Shown here piece after piece: positions 13,655 through 27,200 of a DNA stretch of 64,000 nucleotides (position 1 is the stretch's first letter; every line of letters begins with the position of its first letter). The DNA is from Candidatus Sulfomarinibacteraceae bacterium. GTDB lineage: Bacteria; Acidobacteriota; Thermoanaerobaculia; Thermoanaerobaculales; Sulfomarinibacteraceae. The translations under genes were made by a program, and so were the position numbers. The notes under the pieces are model-generated. The model worked only from the letters and a program-made list of their open reading frames with translations. It searched no databases and was not told the origin of the DNA. The stretch spans positions 43,228 through 107,227 of the forward strand of contig CAWAUY010000015.1 in assembly GCA_963785275.1 (NCBI GenBank). The letters run 5' to 3'.

Positions 13655-13710
13655 GGGTCAGAATGCTGGATCACTCTTGTCCAAGAAAGCTCCTCAGGGA
13701 AAAAAGCCGC

Positions 13711-13845
13711 GGAGCGGCGACAGATATTAGCCCGGGGCGCGAGCCCCGGGGAACCGCACAACAAAAATCAGTCGAGCCCCGGAGGGGCGACAGATGATTG
13801 CGCTCGACGCCTGCGGATGGCGCTGCTAGCCGAATCTGTCGCCCT
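13711..13845. repeat. Composite REP-like element (family B)
   Basis: GGCGACAGAT occurs at 13716 and 13786, and inverted as ATCTGTCGCC at 13834. Palindrome CCCGGGGC-GCGA-GCCCCGGG lies at 13731-13750. A closely similar copy lies at 63229-63318. Confidence 0.7.
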
Positions 13846-13888
13846 ACGGTGCTCGTTCGGTATGGCGCCGATTCTCGCAGGGAAGCGG

Positions 13889-14286
13889 CTACGCCAGCCG
13901 ATCCAGCATCCGGCGCATCCGCCCTTCGACCTCTTCGGCGATGGGTGCAACGTCGGGGTTGTCCACCAACGAGAAGGCAGCGGTGGGTTTGAGGGCGGCA
14001 ACGATCGAACCACCACCTTCGCGCTCCATGACCAGCACGTTGCAGGGCAGGAGGACGCCGATAAAGGGCTCGCCGGTCATGGCCTGATGGGCGAGTTCGG
14101 GGTTGCAGGCGCCGAGAATGATGTACCGCCTGAAATCGACATCGAGCTTCTTTTTGAGGGTGGCCTTGACGTCGATCTCGGTGAGGACGCCAAAACCCTC
14201 GTCGGCGAGGCACTCGGTGGCACGAACAACCGCTTCGTCGTACTCCATCCCGGCAGCTCTTTGACCAGCGCGTAACGGATTTCCAT
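13889..14286 (-). CDS. DUF302 domain protein (possible 1-nt frame change near 14250)
   Basis: MEYDEAVVRATECLADEGFGVLTEIDVKATLKKKL... matches DUF302. An upstream piece, MEIRYALVKELPG, has a GGAAGAGGAG RBS and lies in an adjacent frame. Confidence 0.7.
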
Positions 14287-14586
14287 CGTCGACTCCTCTT
14301 CCTGTTGGTGCGAGCTGAGAGCCTCAGCCGGACTCGGTTCACCGATGACGATAGCAGAACACGGTGTTACTGGACACGACCCAGGCTCTGCCCTACTTTC
14401 GTGAAGATCGATGCGACGACTGAAGATCATCACCCTGGTCGTGATCGTGGTGTTCCCGGCCTTGGGAAGCACCGCAGACGATGCTGCGTTTGTCGGCCGG
14501 CCGCCGATCGACGAGGCATCCGTTACCGGTGAGGTCCGCGGGTTGGTTTCTCTACGTCACCCGGGTGGAACAGATCGACAGGACTA

Positions 14587-14772
14587 TCACCTCACACGTG
14601 GGTTGACACACCGCAAACCCGGGAACCTCGAGAAGTCGGCGTCGATGGAGTGAAGCTCCGACTGGGTCTCGATGGCCAGGGCCGCAAGGTGCGCGTCGGT
14701 GGTCAACCGTCCCGAGGCGCCCGCCGCGCGCATGATCTCTGAGAGGATCTCGAGGTGGCGGGGGCCCGGCAC
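14587..14772 (-). pseudogene. PIN-domain (VapC-like) toxin, C-terminal fragment only
   Basis: PGPRHLEILSEIM...GRLTTDAHLAALAIETQSELHSIDADFSRFPGLRCVNP matches the C-terminal half of VapC-type toxins. A TGA lies immediately upstream in frame. No N-terminal half and no antitoxin were found. Confidence 0.6.
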
Positions 14773-14936
14773 CAGCGGATGGGCCTGCGGTCTCTCCAGA
14801 CACGACCGGAAACATCAGCTGTGTCTGCTCTCTGTAACTTTTTGGCTGGGAACATATCTATTAGTAGGGAGTATCTTCAAACGGATCGAGCTGCCGGACC
14901 GTAAAACAGTTAACCGCATTGCCGAGGAGTACTGAG

Positions 14937-15233
14937 ATGGAATCGGACGCGTTCCACCTGACAAAGGAAAGCGATCCCTCGGGCAGGCTCGTGCTCGCAG
15001 CCGAGGGTTACCTCGACGACGCAGGAGGAGCGGAACTCAGCCGTGAGGCAGACGCCGCCCTCGCGGCGGGCCACACCCGCCTCCGCATCGATCTCGAAGC
15101 AGTGGTGCTCTTCAACTGTTCCGGCGCCCGCCGTCTCCTCGAACTGCTGGAAGAACTCAATCGGAGAGACGGGCGGGTCGACCTCGTCGGGGTCCGCCCA
15201 CCACTGCAACGGGTGCTCGACTTCACCGCCTGA
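14937..15233 (+). CDS. STAS-domain anti-sigma-factor antagonist-like protein
   Basis: GAGGAG RBS 7 nt before ATG 14937. LVLAAEGYLDDAGGAELSREADAALAAGHTRLRIDLEAVVLFNCSGARRLLEL is a STAS/SpoIIAA-like pattern. No partner kinase or phosphatase is nearby. Confidence 0.65.
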   Translation: MESDAFHLTKESDPSGRLVLAAEGYLDDAGGAELSREADAALAAGHTRLRIDLEAVVLFNCSGARRLLELLEELNRRDGRVDLVGVRPPLQRVLDFTA

Positions 15234-15497
15234 TCCTGTCTTGATACGATGGCTTTGATGAAGGTCGACGAGAGTTCTCCAGAAGCCGCTGTTCGTTCCG
15301 AACCCTCTCCCGCCAGGTCAACAGAACTGACTCTGGTGAAGGTTGAGGACGTCCGCCCCGACGGCTACGATGGGACCTGTCTCCGGCCTCTCGGCCTCTG
15401 TGAGCTCGGTGGCTGCTGCGACGCCTGCTGGTACCGGCCGGATCACCCACGGTTTCGTCCTCGAAAGCCGGGTCCGCCGGGGCGAACAACCGGTAGG

Positions 15498-15943
15498 CTA
15501 CGGCAACTCTTCCAGATCGGCGAGGTCCTTGGTGCGAGCCGCAGCTCTTGTTGCGTTTGAGATCTTGCAGGCTGATGAGCTTCACCATGATTCCGTCGAG
15601 TTCATCTTCCACCCGCCAGATATGCCTCGTCGAACACGACGCCGTCGATCGAGGTCATAATCTCGATTCGCATCGGTGGCAGCCCCATGCGGACAATCTG
15701 ATCTGCAGAGAGGAACAACGCCTCGTTCAGCTTCTGCCCACCAAAACCGAAATCCTCGAGCGCCGCGACGACACGCCGAGCGTTCTCCAACGTGGAGGCG
15801 ATCCACACGTCGATGTCCATCGTCGCTCTCGGGTAGCCGTGATAACCGACGGCATACCCACCGACGAGGAGGTACTCAACCTCGTGGCGATGAAACGACC
15901 GAAAGAACTCTTTGAAGTCGGGTGGTAGATGGATCGTACCCAT
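15498..15943 (-). pseudogene. Small nucleotidyltransferase-fold protein (MNT/DUF6036-like), 2 frameshifts
   Basis: LPPDFKEFFRSFHRHEVEYLLVGGYAVGYHGYPRATMDIDVWI is followed in other frames by VEDELDGIMVKLISLQDLKRNK and AAARTKDLADLEELP. Confidence 0.55.
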
Positions 15944-16088
15944 AAATTACCTGCCTCATCAGCTCGAGGGCGGCGAGCCGTTCGGTGGGTGTTCGGGACA
16001 GCCAATATGCGCGTTCATCCGTCTCGTCGTGAAGCCCCGTCACTACCACGGCGGATCGCTCAAGTTTCGCCGATTCAACAAGATTCAT
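15876..16088 (-). CDS. Small hypothetical protein, putative partner of the nucleotidyltransferase
   Basis: MNLVESAKLERSAVVVTGLHDETDERAYWLSRTPTERLAALELMRQVIYG... Its 3' end overlaps the downstream gene start by 68 nt. The start is uncertain (16088, 16106 or 16121). Confidence 0.4.
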   Translation of the reverse strand: MNLVESAKLERSAVVVTGLHDETDERAYWLSRTPTERLAALELMRQVIYGYDPSTTRLQRVLSVVSSPRG

Positions 16089-16095
16089 GCTCTGA

Positions 16096-19198
<3,103 letters not shown>

Positions 19199-19207
19199 GA
19201 GACAACC

Positions 19208-20400
19208 TCAGTGACCGTGGCCGTCGCCGAAGGCGTCCTTGCCGAGCTCCGCCTTGAGGCTGAAGCCGCCTCCGCCACATAGCGTTCACCCGGCTCGAGC
19301 CCCGACACGATTTCGACCGTTTCCGGACCGGCGACCGGCAGCCACCGTCCGCGGTTCGAAGCGCTCCGTCGATCTCCACAAAGACAACCTCGTCGCCGTC
19401 TTCCATGCTGATGACGGCCGGTGGGCGGCACGACGACCGCCGCTGGTCACCGAGGTGGTCACCGACGCCGTCACAAAACAACCGGGGTGCCAGATGCCGC
19501 CGCTGTTCGGCGCAACGATCCTCGCCATGGCGGTCCGGGTGGCCTCGCCGACCAGGGGCTGCACGAAGTCGATCTGGAGTTCCGCCTCTTCGCCGTGCTC
19601 GGTGACCACGTTGGCCGTCTGCCCGCCTGCACGGCACCGATGTCCCGCTGATAGACCGAAAGGTCGATCCACACGGTCTCGAGATCGGCTACCGTCAGTA
19701 CAGGCGTCCCGGCATCGACCGTCTCTCCCAGGGTGATGTGGCGGTCGATGACTGTGCCGTCAAACGGCGCGGTCAGGCGATAGATCGTGAAGACGGCGTC
19801 GTGCTGATTCGAAAGGCCTTCGAGATCTTCCTGGAGAATCCGAGGGCGTGCAATTTCTGCTCGGCCGCCGCTGCTCGATGCGAGCCTCGGCCAGTCCACG
19901 CCGCGCGTCGAGGTAATCCTGCTCCGAAGAGACCTTCTCGTTCCACAGTCGTTCTTCGCGACGGAAGGTCGCGTCGGCAAGTTTCAGGCGTTCGGCGGAG
20001 GCCAGGAAGTCCGCCTTGGAGTCTGCCAGCTCCCGGCTCTCGAGCACCGCCAGCAGCTGTCCCTCTCGGACCGAATCGCCGAGACTGGCGTACACCTCTT
20101 CGACCACACCCTGACTCGAGGCGCCACGTGAGCCATGCGGTCGCCGTTGACCTGGACCTCGCCGGGCAGTTCGGTCGTCACCTCGACAATACCCGGATTG
20201 AGCCACCTCGACCCGGATCCCGAGTTCGGAGAGGTCCTCGGCATCAAGCGTCACGACGCCTTCAGCATGTCCATCCGTCTCTCCGTGTTCGGTGGACTGC
20301 TCCTCCGCGGGGCCACGGCAGGCCCCACGCCGAGCAACCACAATGCAACAACATCCACCTTCGATCGATAGGCCTCGATCGTGAGATTTCTCATCGTCAT
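19208..20400 (-). pseudogene. RND periplasmic adaptor (CzcB/CusB, HlyD family), multiple frameshifts
   Basis: Fragments are VVEEVYASLGDSVREGQLLAVLES, RLTAPFDGTVIDRHITLGETVDAGTPVLTVADLETVWIDLSVYQRD, ARIVAPNSGGIWHPG and ETVEIVSGLEPGERYV. The end GDGHGH-stop is 10 nt before the czcA ATG. Confidence 0.85.
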
Positions 20401-21676
20401 CCCCTCCGTCCGGCACCGGAGGCCGCCTGTGGTCGGCGCGCCGATCAATCGTTCGATTTCAGTGCGCGCCAGCGCGTACTCTTCGAGGCTGTCGACGAGC
20501 AGGGTGCTCGCCTCGAGCAAAGTCCGCTGTGCGGCGATCACGTCGACAAAAGCGAACTTGCCTTCCCGGTAGCCGGTCTCCACCGCGGTCATGGCCGTCC
20601 GCGCAGCCGGAGGAACCGGTCTTCGGCTGCGACCGCGGCTTCCGAGGCGGCCCTCATCCGTTCCATAACCACCGCCAACTCGGCCTCAAGAGCGACCTGA
20701 CGACTTTCGCCATCACGCTCGATCCGTTCGAGGTCGAACTCGGCGGCCCGGCGCTCGCCCTGGTTGCGATCGAAGATCGGCAGCGAAAGGCCCACCTGGG
20801 CAACCCAGGCCGATTGGCCCGTCTCCTCGAAACGCCGCGGCCCGACGCCGACCGCGAGCTCGGGAATCCGCAGCGATTTTTCGAAGGCGACCACCCGCTG
20901 CTGTCGCTCGATCCGTCGGCGACCCGCCGCATCTCCGGAGATTCCGACAGCATCGACCGCAAATCCTGGAACGCGGGAGGCGGCAACGGTCGCGGCAGAT
21001 CACCGGTGCCTCGATCAAATGTCGGGGTGGTCGAGCCCCAATTGGCCGCCAGCAGGACCCGCGCCGCGGCAAGCTCGCGATCCACCCGGAGCTCGCGAAT
21101 CCGAGCCGCGCGACCTCGATCTCCGCTCGGGTATTTTCCACCGGTGAGACCTTGCCAGCCTCCACGCGGGTCGCGACCGTGTCGGCGAAACGCTTCCGTC
21201 AGCCTGAGGAACTCATTTGCGAGCGTCCGCCGCTGCTGCGCCACGACGACTCCGTAGTAGGCCGCGGTGGTCCGGGCGACGACCTCGAGCCTCATGGTCT
21301 CGAGGTCGCGATCCGCGAAGCACTGGTCCGATTCGGCCACCGCGCGGCGGCGGCCGGGCGTGCCGCCCAGGGGCAGGGCCTGGCTGATGAGAATCGTCGT
21401 TTCGGCGGACTCGAAGCCATGGAGGTCGCTGTCGCCCCCGAAGTTCTCCACATCGAGGTCGAATTCCGGGTTGGGCCAGAGACCAGCCTGCAGTGTCCGG
21501 CTTTCGGCCGCCGACACGCCGGAGGCTGCGGCCTTGAGGGCCGGGTTCAATTCGAGGGCGCGGGCTATCGCCGTATCGAGCGTCAGCCCGCCCGATGGGC
21601 CTTCCTGCGCAACCCCAACGGCGGCACCGATCATCACGGTGCCGAACAAAAAGAGTCTCTTGATCATCCTGTTCAT
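20401..21676 (-). pseudogene. TolC/CzcC-family outer membrane efflux protein, about 3 frameshifts
   Basis: Signal peptide MNRMIKRLFLFGTVMIGAAVG. LTLDTAIARALELNPALKAA is typical of CzcC. Later pieces lie in ORFs 20589..20894 and 20251..20592. I saw no clean stop before the adaptor start. Confidence 0.8.
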
Positions 21677-21761
21677 GGTCTCTCCTGGTGGTTTTCAAAA
21701 TCAAAATCCGCACACCCAGGTCGAATGACCTGCGTCTGAAGGCTCGGTTTTTTGGAGAGAT

Positions 21762-22181
21762 CTAGGTCAGGAGAATGACCGATGACAGCGCGGCGATCAG
21801 CGCCTCGTTCCCGATGTGCAGACCAACCTCGGGACTTTCGGAGGGGCCGGAGAGGCTTTGTGCCAAGAGTAGCCTGGCGATGATCATCCCGGGCGCGGGG
21901 AGGAGTTCCTTGCCGGCCTGCAGACTGTCCTTTCCGAGATCGAGATCTGCGCAGCCGTCGCAATCCGGTCCACCCAACATCGCCACTGGTGGAGCCGTCC
22001 GCCCACGACTGTCTGTCGCACCGACGCAGCAGCCCGCGAAGCCGTACTCGACATCGGCATGGCCATCATCCCCGATGCACAGCACAGCCGAGCCCGCCTC
22101 GGCGATACCGCCAAGAGCGAGGGTCGCAGCCAGAAAGCAAGCCGCGAGAATGGTGCATCGATGTGTTGTCGTTCTCGTCAT
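21762..22181 (-). CDS. Small secreted Cys-rich hypothetical protein upstream of czcC
   Basis: MTRTTTHRCTILAACFLAATLALGG signal-like N-terminus, then LCIGDDGHADVEYGFAGCC and PDCDGCADLDLG. Confidence 0.45.
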   Translation of the reverse strand: MTRTTTHRCTILAACFLAATLALGGIAEAGSAVLCIGDDGHADVEYGFAGCCVGATDSRGRTAPPVAMLGGPDCDGCADLDLGKDSLQAGKELLPAPGMIIARLLLAQSLSGPSESPEVGLHIGNEALIAALSSVILLT

Positions 22182-22285
22182 GGTGTCCAGAGTCTTCCGG
22201 TCAACTCTACCGATCTCTAACCATACACTACGGCCAACGATTCCTCGTGCTGGGTGCGGGTATCGCGAGATCGAAGCTGCGGCCG

Positions 22286-23071
22286 TCAATTCGCAAAAGG
22301 GAAGCCCGCCTGATACGTCGAGTCGTTGGTGGTGTTGTCGACATCGGTGAGGTAGGACAGGATCGCCCCTTCGCTCGAGGTCACACCGACTCGAATGATC
22401 AGACCGTTGCGCTCACCCGCCGTCAAACGTTTGAAAACGTCATTCACCTGGGTCGTGCCGAAGGGCTCGAGATCGATCGTGAACGAGCTGTCCCCCGGTG
22501 CCGCTTCACCGTCGGCGGTGAAAATCTCCACCAGCACGGTCACCGCGACCGGCGACACGTTGACGACGCCGAAGTTGGCGCGGAAGCCCGATCGTTGATT
22601 GGCCGTCACGCGAAGGGTCCCGGCCTGTCCGCTGCCGGCAAAGGACGCGCCGCCCACCGGTTCGCCGGGAAGACTGAGGCCGTAGCTGCCGCCCTCGTCG
22701 CCCGGCGTCCAGGTGCGGCTGGTGACTGTCACCGGCCCATCGGCGATGTAGTGCAGGCTGCCCGAGCCGTCGGTGCCGAAGAGTGTCGCGACGATATCCG
22801 GGATGAAGACGACCGGTTCGTCGAGGGCGACCACCACGCTCTCACCGTCGGTGCTGTCCTGTCCTGGCGGGTTGAGCCAGAGGTGAATGGTGGTCGCACC
22901 CTGTTGGTAGATCCACACGTCCGAGGTCCAGAAAGACCCGAACTTGCCCTCGACGTGAGCAACCGCCGGGACATAGCCCTCGAGGTGGCCTCCGTCGGCT
23001 GCAAACGCCGGCACGGCCAGCACCGAAAGCAGAAACGCGGAAATGACCAAGGTCAATGAGCGACGCATCAC
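22286..23071 (-). CDS. Secreted hypothetical protein (uncharacterised family)
   Basis: Intact 261 aa with signal peptide MMRRSLTLVISAFLLSVLAVPAFA. The start overlaps the upstream stop (ATGA at 23068-23071). Pattern is VPAVAHVEGKFGSFWTSDVWIYQQG...RANFGVVN...YLTDVDNTTNDSTY. Confidence 0.6.
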   Translation of the reverse strand: MMRRSLTLVISAFLLSVLAVPAFAADGGHLEGYVPAVAHVEGKFGSFWTSDVWIYQQGATTIHLWLNPPGQDSTDGESVVVALDEPVVFIPDIVATLFGTDGSGSLHYIADGPVTVTSRTWTPGDEGGSYGLSLPGEPVGGASFAGSGQAGTLRVTANQRSGFRANFGVVNVSPVAVTVLVEIFTADGEAAPGDSSFTIDLEPFGTTQVNDVFKRLTAGERNGLIIRVGVTSSEGAILSYLTDVDNTTNDSTYQAGFPFAN

Positions 23072-23730
23072 TCACCTCCGACATCGTAGGTCCACAACTG
23101 GTTGCCCGAGCGATCGAACGCCACGATGGTGCTCGAGTTCATGACACCGGCGCCCGCAGCCTCGCCCTGCCGCATCGGGCCCTGGCCCATGCCGCCGCCG
23201 GATCCCATTTCCATGACGGACAGGTAGATTTGGGACCCGTCGGGCGAGAACTGCGCCATGGATGCCATGTCGCCATCGACGGTCGCCCGCCAGCGTTCCA
23301 CCCCGGTTGTCACCTCGAGTGCGACGACGATGGCTTCGCCGTCACCGGCCTTGGTGCCGCCACCCATGTGGCCGCCGCCGCTCCAGCCACCGTCGCCCAT
23401 GCCGCCGGAACCGAAAAACCAGTCGTCCATCAGCACGACCACCACGAGATCGCCATCGGTCACCGGCATCATCGGCCACCCATCGTCGAAACTCGCCCGC
23501 CAGCGCTCGCTGCCGTCAGACCCGATGTTGACGAGCTCGCGGTCGGTGGTCGATACCGACCCGCCGCCCATCATGCCGCTCATATCCATGTTGGTGACGA
23601 GCAGGCTGCCGTCGTCGGCCACCACCAGCATCCCGGAGCCGGCCATCATGCCGCCCTGTTGCGCAGGTGCCGCAGCAGCAGCAACCACAACGACCACCGA
23701 GATCAATAGCGTCCTTCTCATGATCTTCAT
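23068..23730 (-). CDS. Secreted Met/Gly-rich beta-propeller-like (PQQ/BamB-like repeat) protein
   Basis: MKIMRRTLLISVVVVVAAAAAPA signal. Repeated strand motifs are LVVADDGSLLV, NIGSDGSERW, IVVALEVTTGVERW, FSPDGSQIYL and IVAFDRSGNQLW. Met/Gly loops are interleaved: MDMSGMMGGG, GGMGDGGWSGGGHMGGG and MEMGSGGGMGQGPM. Confidence 0.55.
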   Translation of the reverse strand: MKIMRRTLLISVVVVVAAAAAPAQQGGMMAGSGMLVVADDGSLLVTNMDMSGMMGGGSVSTTDRELVNIGSDGSERWRASFDDGWPMMPVTDGDLVVVVLMDDWFFGSGGMGDGGWSGGGHMGGGTKAGDGEAIVVALEVTTGVERWRATVDGDMASMAQFSPDGSQIYLSVMEMGSGGGMGQGPMRQGEAAGAGVMNSSTIVAFDRSGNQLWTYDVGGE

Positions 23731-23800
23731 CCCTTTCACCGGTCGCGACCGGTCTGTTGTCTTGAAATCGTTTTCGGGACCGTGCATGGAATCTCCGCTG

Positions 23801-24293
23801 TTAATTCGACACGATCTCCCCACACCGCGGCATGCCGCCATACGGGTTGCCGATCTGGCCGTCGGGCTGGAGCCACGAGCGTTTGTACATCGGGCAGTAG
23901 GCCACCGCCGGTCGGTCGCTTTCTGCGACACCCTGCCGCCACCGCACCATGGGTTTGGTGAGGGCGTAGATCCCGTCGCGGGCCGCTTCGAGAGAGGCCG
24001 CCGCCGCGATGGCGTCGGCCGCCGCGATCATCTCGTCAAGCTTCTCTTCGACGATCGCGGCGGCTTCGTCCGAGGCACCCGCGCGCTCGGCGCTGAAGTC
24101 GGACTCGAGGGCCCTGAGCTCGGCCGCGATGGCCTTGCCGTGGTCGTTGACACCGTCCATGAGTCCTCGAGCAGCGCCAACCTGATCGGCTCGTAGTGCT
24201 CCATCACGTTGTCAAACGTCGTGGTCCCTGCTGCCAACAGGGTTGGACACACGGCGACAATCGCCACACTCAATGAGCAGATTTCAGATTCAT
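23801..24293 (-). pseudogene. DUF3347 domain protein, 2 frameshifts
   Basis: AAGGAG RBS then ATG 24293 (MNLKSAH, then TGA). The signal and N-terminus SVAIVAVCPTLLAAGTTTFDNVMEHYEPIRLALLEDS lie in the cusA frame. The rest, DGVNDHGKAIAAEL...YCPMYKRSWLQPDGQIGNPYGGMPRCGE, is in ORF 23801..24160. Confidence 0.65.
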
Positions 24294-27200
24294 GTTGATT
24301 CTCCTTTCTTCGAGGTTCGGTTGCGAAAAGCGGCGACTTCTGAAGACCCATCGATCTCCAGATGAAGAAGATCGCCGGGTAGACCAGGAGCTCGCCGAAG
24401 AACGAGGTCACGATGCCGCCGACCATCGGTGCGGCGATGCGGCGCATGACATCGGCGCCGGTGCCGGTGGCCCACAGGATGGGCAGCAGGGCGATGAAGG
24501 TGGTGGCCACGGTCATCGCCTTGGGGCGGATGCGCTGCACGGCGCCGTGATCCACCGCCTCGGTGAGATCCGCCCAGGTGGTCATCTGGCCCTTCGTCTT
24601 CCACCGCTCGTAGGCGATGTCGAGATAAAGCAACATGACCACCCCGGTCTCGGCGTCGAGACCGGCGAGCGCGATCAGCCCCACCCACACCGCGATCGAC
24701 CAGTTGTAGCCGAGGAAGTACATCAGCCAGATCGCGCCGACCGCTGAAAACGGCACGGCGAGTAGCACGATGGCCGTCTTCATCAGCGACTTGGTGTTGA
24801 TGTAGAGGATCAGAAAGACCAGAAAGAGGGTGATCGGCACGATCATCAACAACCGCGCCTTGGCCCGCTGCATGTACTCGTACTGGCCCGACCAGAAGAG
24901 GGTGTAGCCGGGTGGCAGCTCGACCTTTGCGGCCACCTCCTCCTTTGCCCGCTCGACCCAGGTGCCGACATCGATGCCGCGGAGGTCGACATAGACCCAG
25001 GCGTTGGGGCGCGCGTTTTCCGACTTGATCATGGGCGGGCCCTGGTGGATGCGGATGGTCGCCACCTGCGACAGCGGCACCTGCGCCCCCGATGGCGCGG
25101 CGACCAGGGTCTCGGCCAGCGCCTCGACGTTGTCGCGCAGTTCGCGCGGATAGCGGACGTTGATCGGGTAGCGCTCGAGCCCCTCGACCGTCCAGCTCAC
25201 GTTCATGCCGCCGATGGCCGACATGATCACGTCCTGGACATCACCCACCGAGATGCCGTAACGGGCCGCCGCTTCGCGGTCGATGTCGAAATCGAGGTAG
25301 GAGCCGCCCATCACCCGTTCGGCGTAGGCCGACAGGGTGCCCTCGAGAGGTTTGACGATCGCCTCGACCTCCTTGCCGAGGCGCTCGAGCTCGGCGAGGT
25401 CCGGGCCGCCGATCTTGATCCCCACCGGGGTCTTGATCCCGGTCGAGAGCATGTCGATGCGGGTCTTGATCGGCATCGTCCAGGCGTTGGTCAGACCGGG
25501 AAACTGGATCGCCCGGTCGAGCTCCTCGATGAGCTTCTCCTTCGTCATCCCCGGCCGCCACTCGGACGGGTCCTTGAGCACGATGGTGGTCTCGATCATC
25601 GACAGCGGCGCCGGGTCGGTCGCGGTCTCGGCGCGTCCGATCTTGCCGAGCACCGACTCCACCTCGGGGAAGGAGGCGATGATCTTGTCGGTTTGTTGCA
25701 GGAGCTCGCGCGCCTTGGTGATGGAGATCCCCGGGAAGGTGGTCGGCATGTAGAGCAGATCGCCCTCCCACAAAGGCGGCATGAACTCCGATCCGATGTG
25801 CTGGAGGGGGAACCACACCGAGGCCACCGCGGCGATCGCCAACACCACCACCAGCCACCGCCACTTGAGGGCGAGATTGAGCGCCGGCGTATAGAGAAAA
25901 CGCAGGACGCGCGACACCGGGTGTTTTTTCTCAGAATGGATCTTGCCGCGCACGAACCAGAACATGAGGACCGGGATCACGGTCACGGCGACGATCGACG
26001 CCATCGCCATCGAGTAGGTCTTGGTGAAGGCAAGCGGTTTGAACAGCCGGCCCTCCTGCGCCTGCAGGGTGAAGACCGGCATGAAGGAGACCGTGATCAG
26101 CAAGAGGCTGAAGAAGAGGGTCGGGCCCACCTCCTGCGCCGACCGCAGGATGATCTCGAAGTGGCTGCGTTCGTCGCGCCACTCCTCGTAGTGTTTGTGG
26201 GCGTTCTCGACCATGATCACGGCCGCGTCGACCAGTACGCCGATTGAGATGGCGATGCCCCCGAGCGACATGATGTTGGCGCCGAGACCCTGCAGGCGCA
26301 TGATGATGAAGGCCAGGAGAATGGAGATCGGGATCGAGATGATCGCCACGAAGGCCGAACGGAAGTGGAAGAGAAAGATGATGCAGACCAGAGCGACGAT
26401 GATCGACTCTTCGATGAGGGTGCCGGTCAGGGTCTCGATCGAATCGTGGATCAGACCGGTGCGGTCGTAGCCGACCGAGATCTCGACGTCGTCGGGGAGC
26501 CCCACCTCGAGCTCGGCCAACCGCTCCTTGACCCGTGCGATGGTCGACAGCGTGTCGGCGCCCGAACGCACGACCACGATGCCGCCCACCGTCTCGCCCT
26601 CGCCGTTCCAGTCGGCGAGACCGCGTCGGATCTCGGGCCCGATGGCGATGTTGGCGACGTCCGAGAGCGAGAGCGGCGTCCCTCCGGCGCCGACGCCGAG
26701 CGGGATCTGCTCGAGGTCGCGGATGTTCTTGACGTAACCGAGCCCACGCACCATGTACTCGCGTTCACCCATTTCCACCAAACGCCCACCGACGTCCGAG
26801 TTGGAGCGCTGGATGGCGGTCTTGACGGCGGCAAGGGTCACACCGTAGGCGCGCAGCCGCACCGGGTCGACCTCGACCTGGTACTGGCGGATAAAGCCGC
26901 CGAGGGAGGCGACTTCGGAGACCCCATCGACCGACATCAGGCCGTATTTGAGGTACCAATCCTGGTAGGAGCGCAGCTCGGCGAGCGAGCGGTCGGGCGA
27001 GTTGAGTACGTACATGAAAGCCCACCCGACGCCTGTCGCGTCAGGGCCGAGCTGCGGCGTCACGCCGTCGGGCAGCTGGCCCGAGAGGCCGTTGAGGTAC
27101 TCGAGCACCCGCGACCGCGCCCAGTAAAGATCGGTGCCGTCGTCGAAGATCACGTAGACGAATGAAAAACCGAAGAACGAGTATCCGCGAACATCCTTGG

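Noticed and set aside
14411-14653. 80-aa ORF with a signal-peptide-like N-terminus (MRRLKIITLVVIVVFPALGS)
   Set aside because: It has no RBS and overlaps the PIN remnant. The sequence after the hydrophobic stretch is not protein-like. At most it is a remnant of a lost gene.
20380-20420. Natural czcC-czcB gene fusion (no stop between them in one frame)
   Set aside because: Both genes are riddled with frame changes, so the missing stop is most simply another indel consequence. An RBS (GGAGG) and ATG for the adaptor are still present at 20400.
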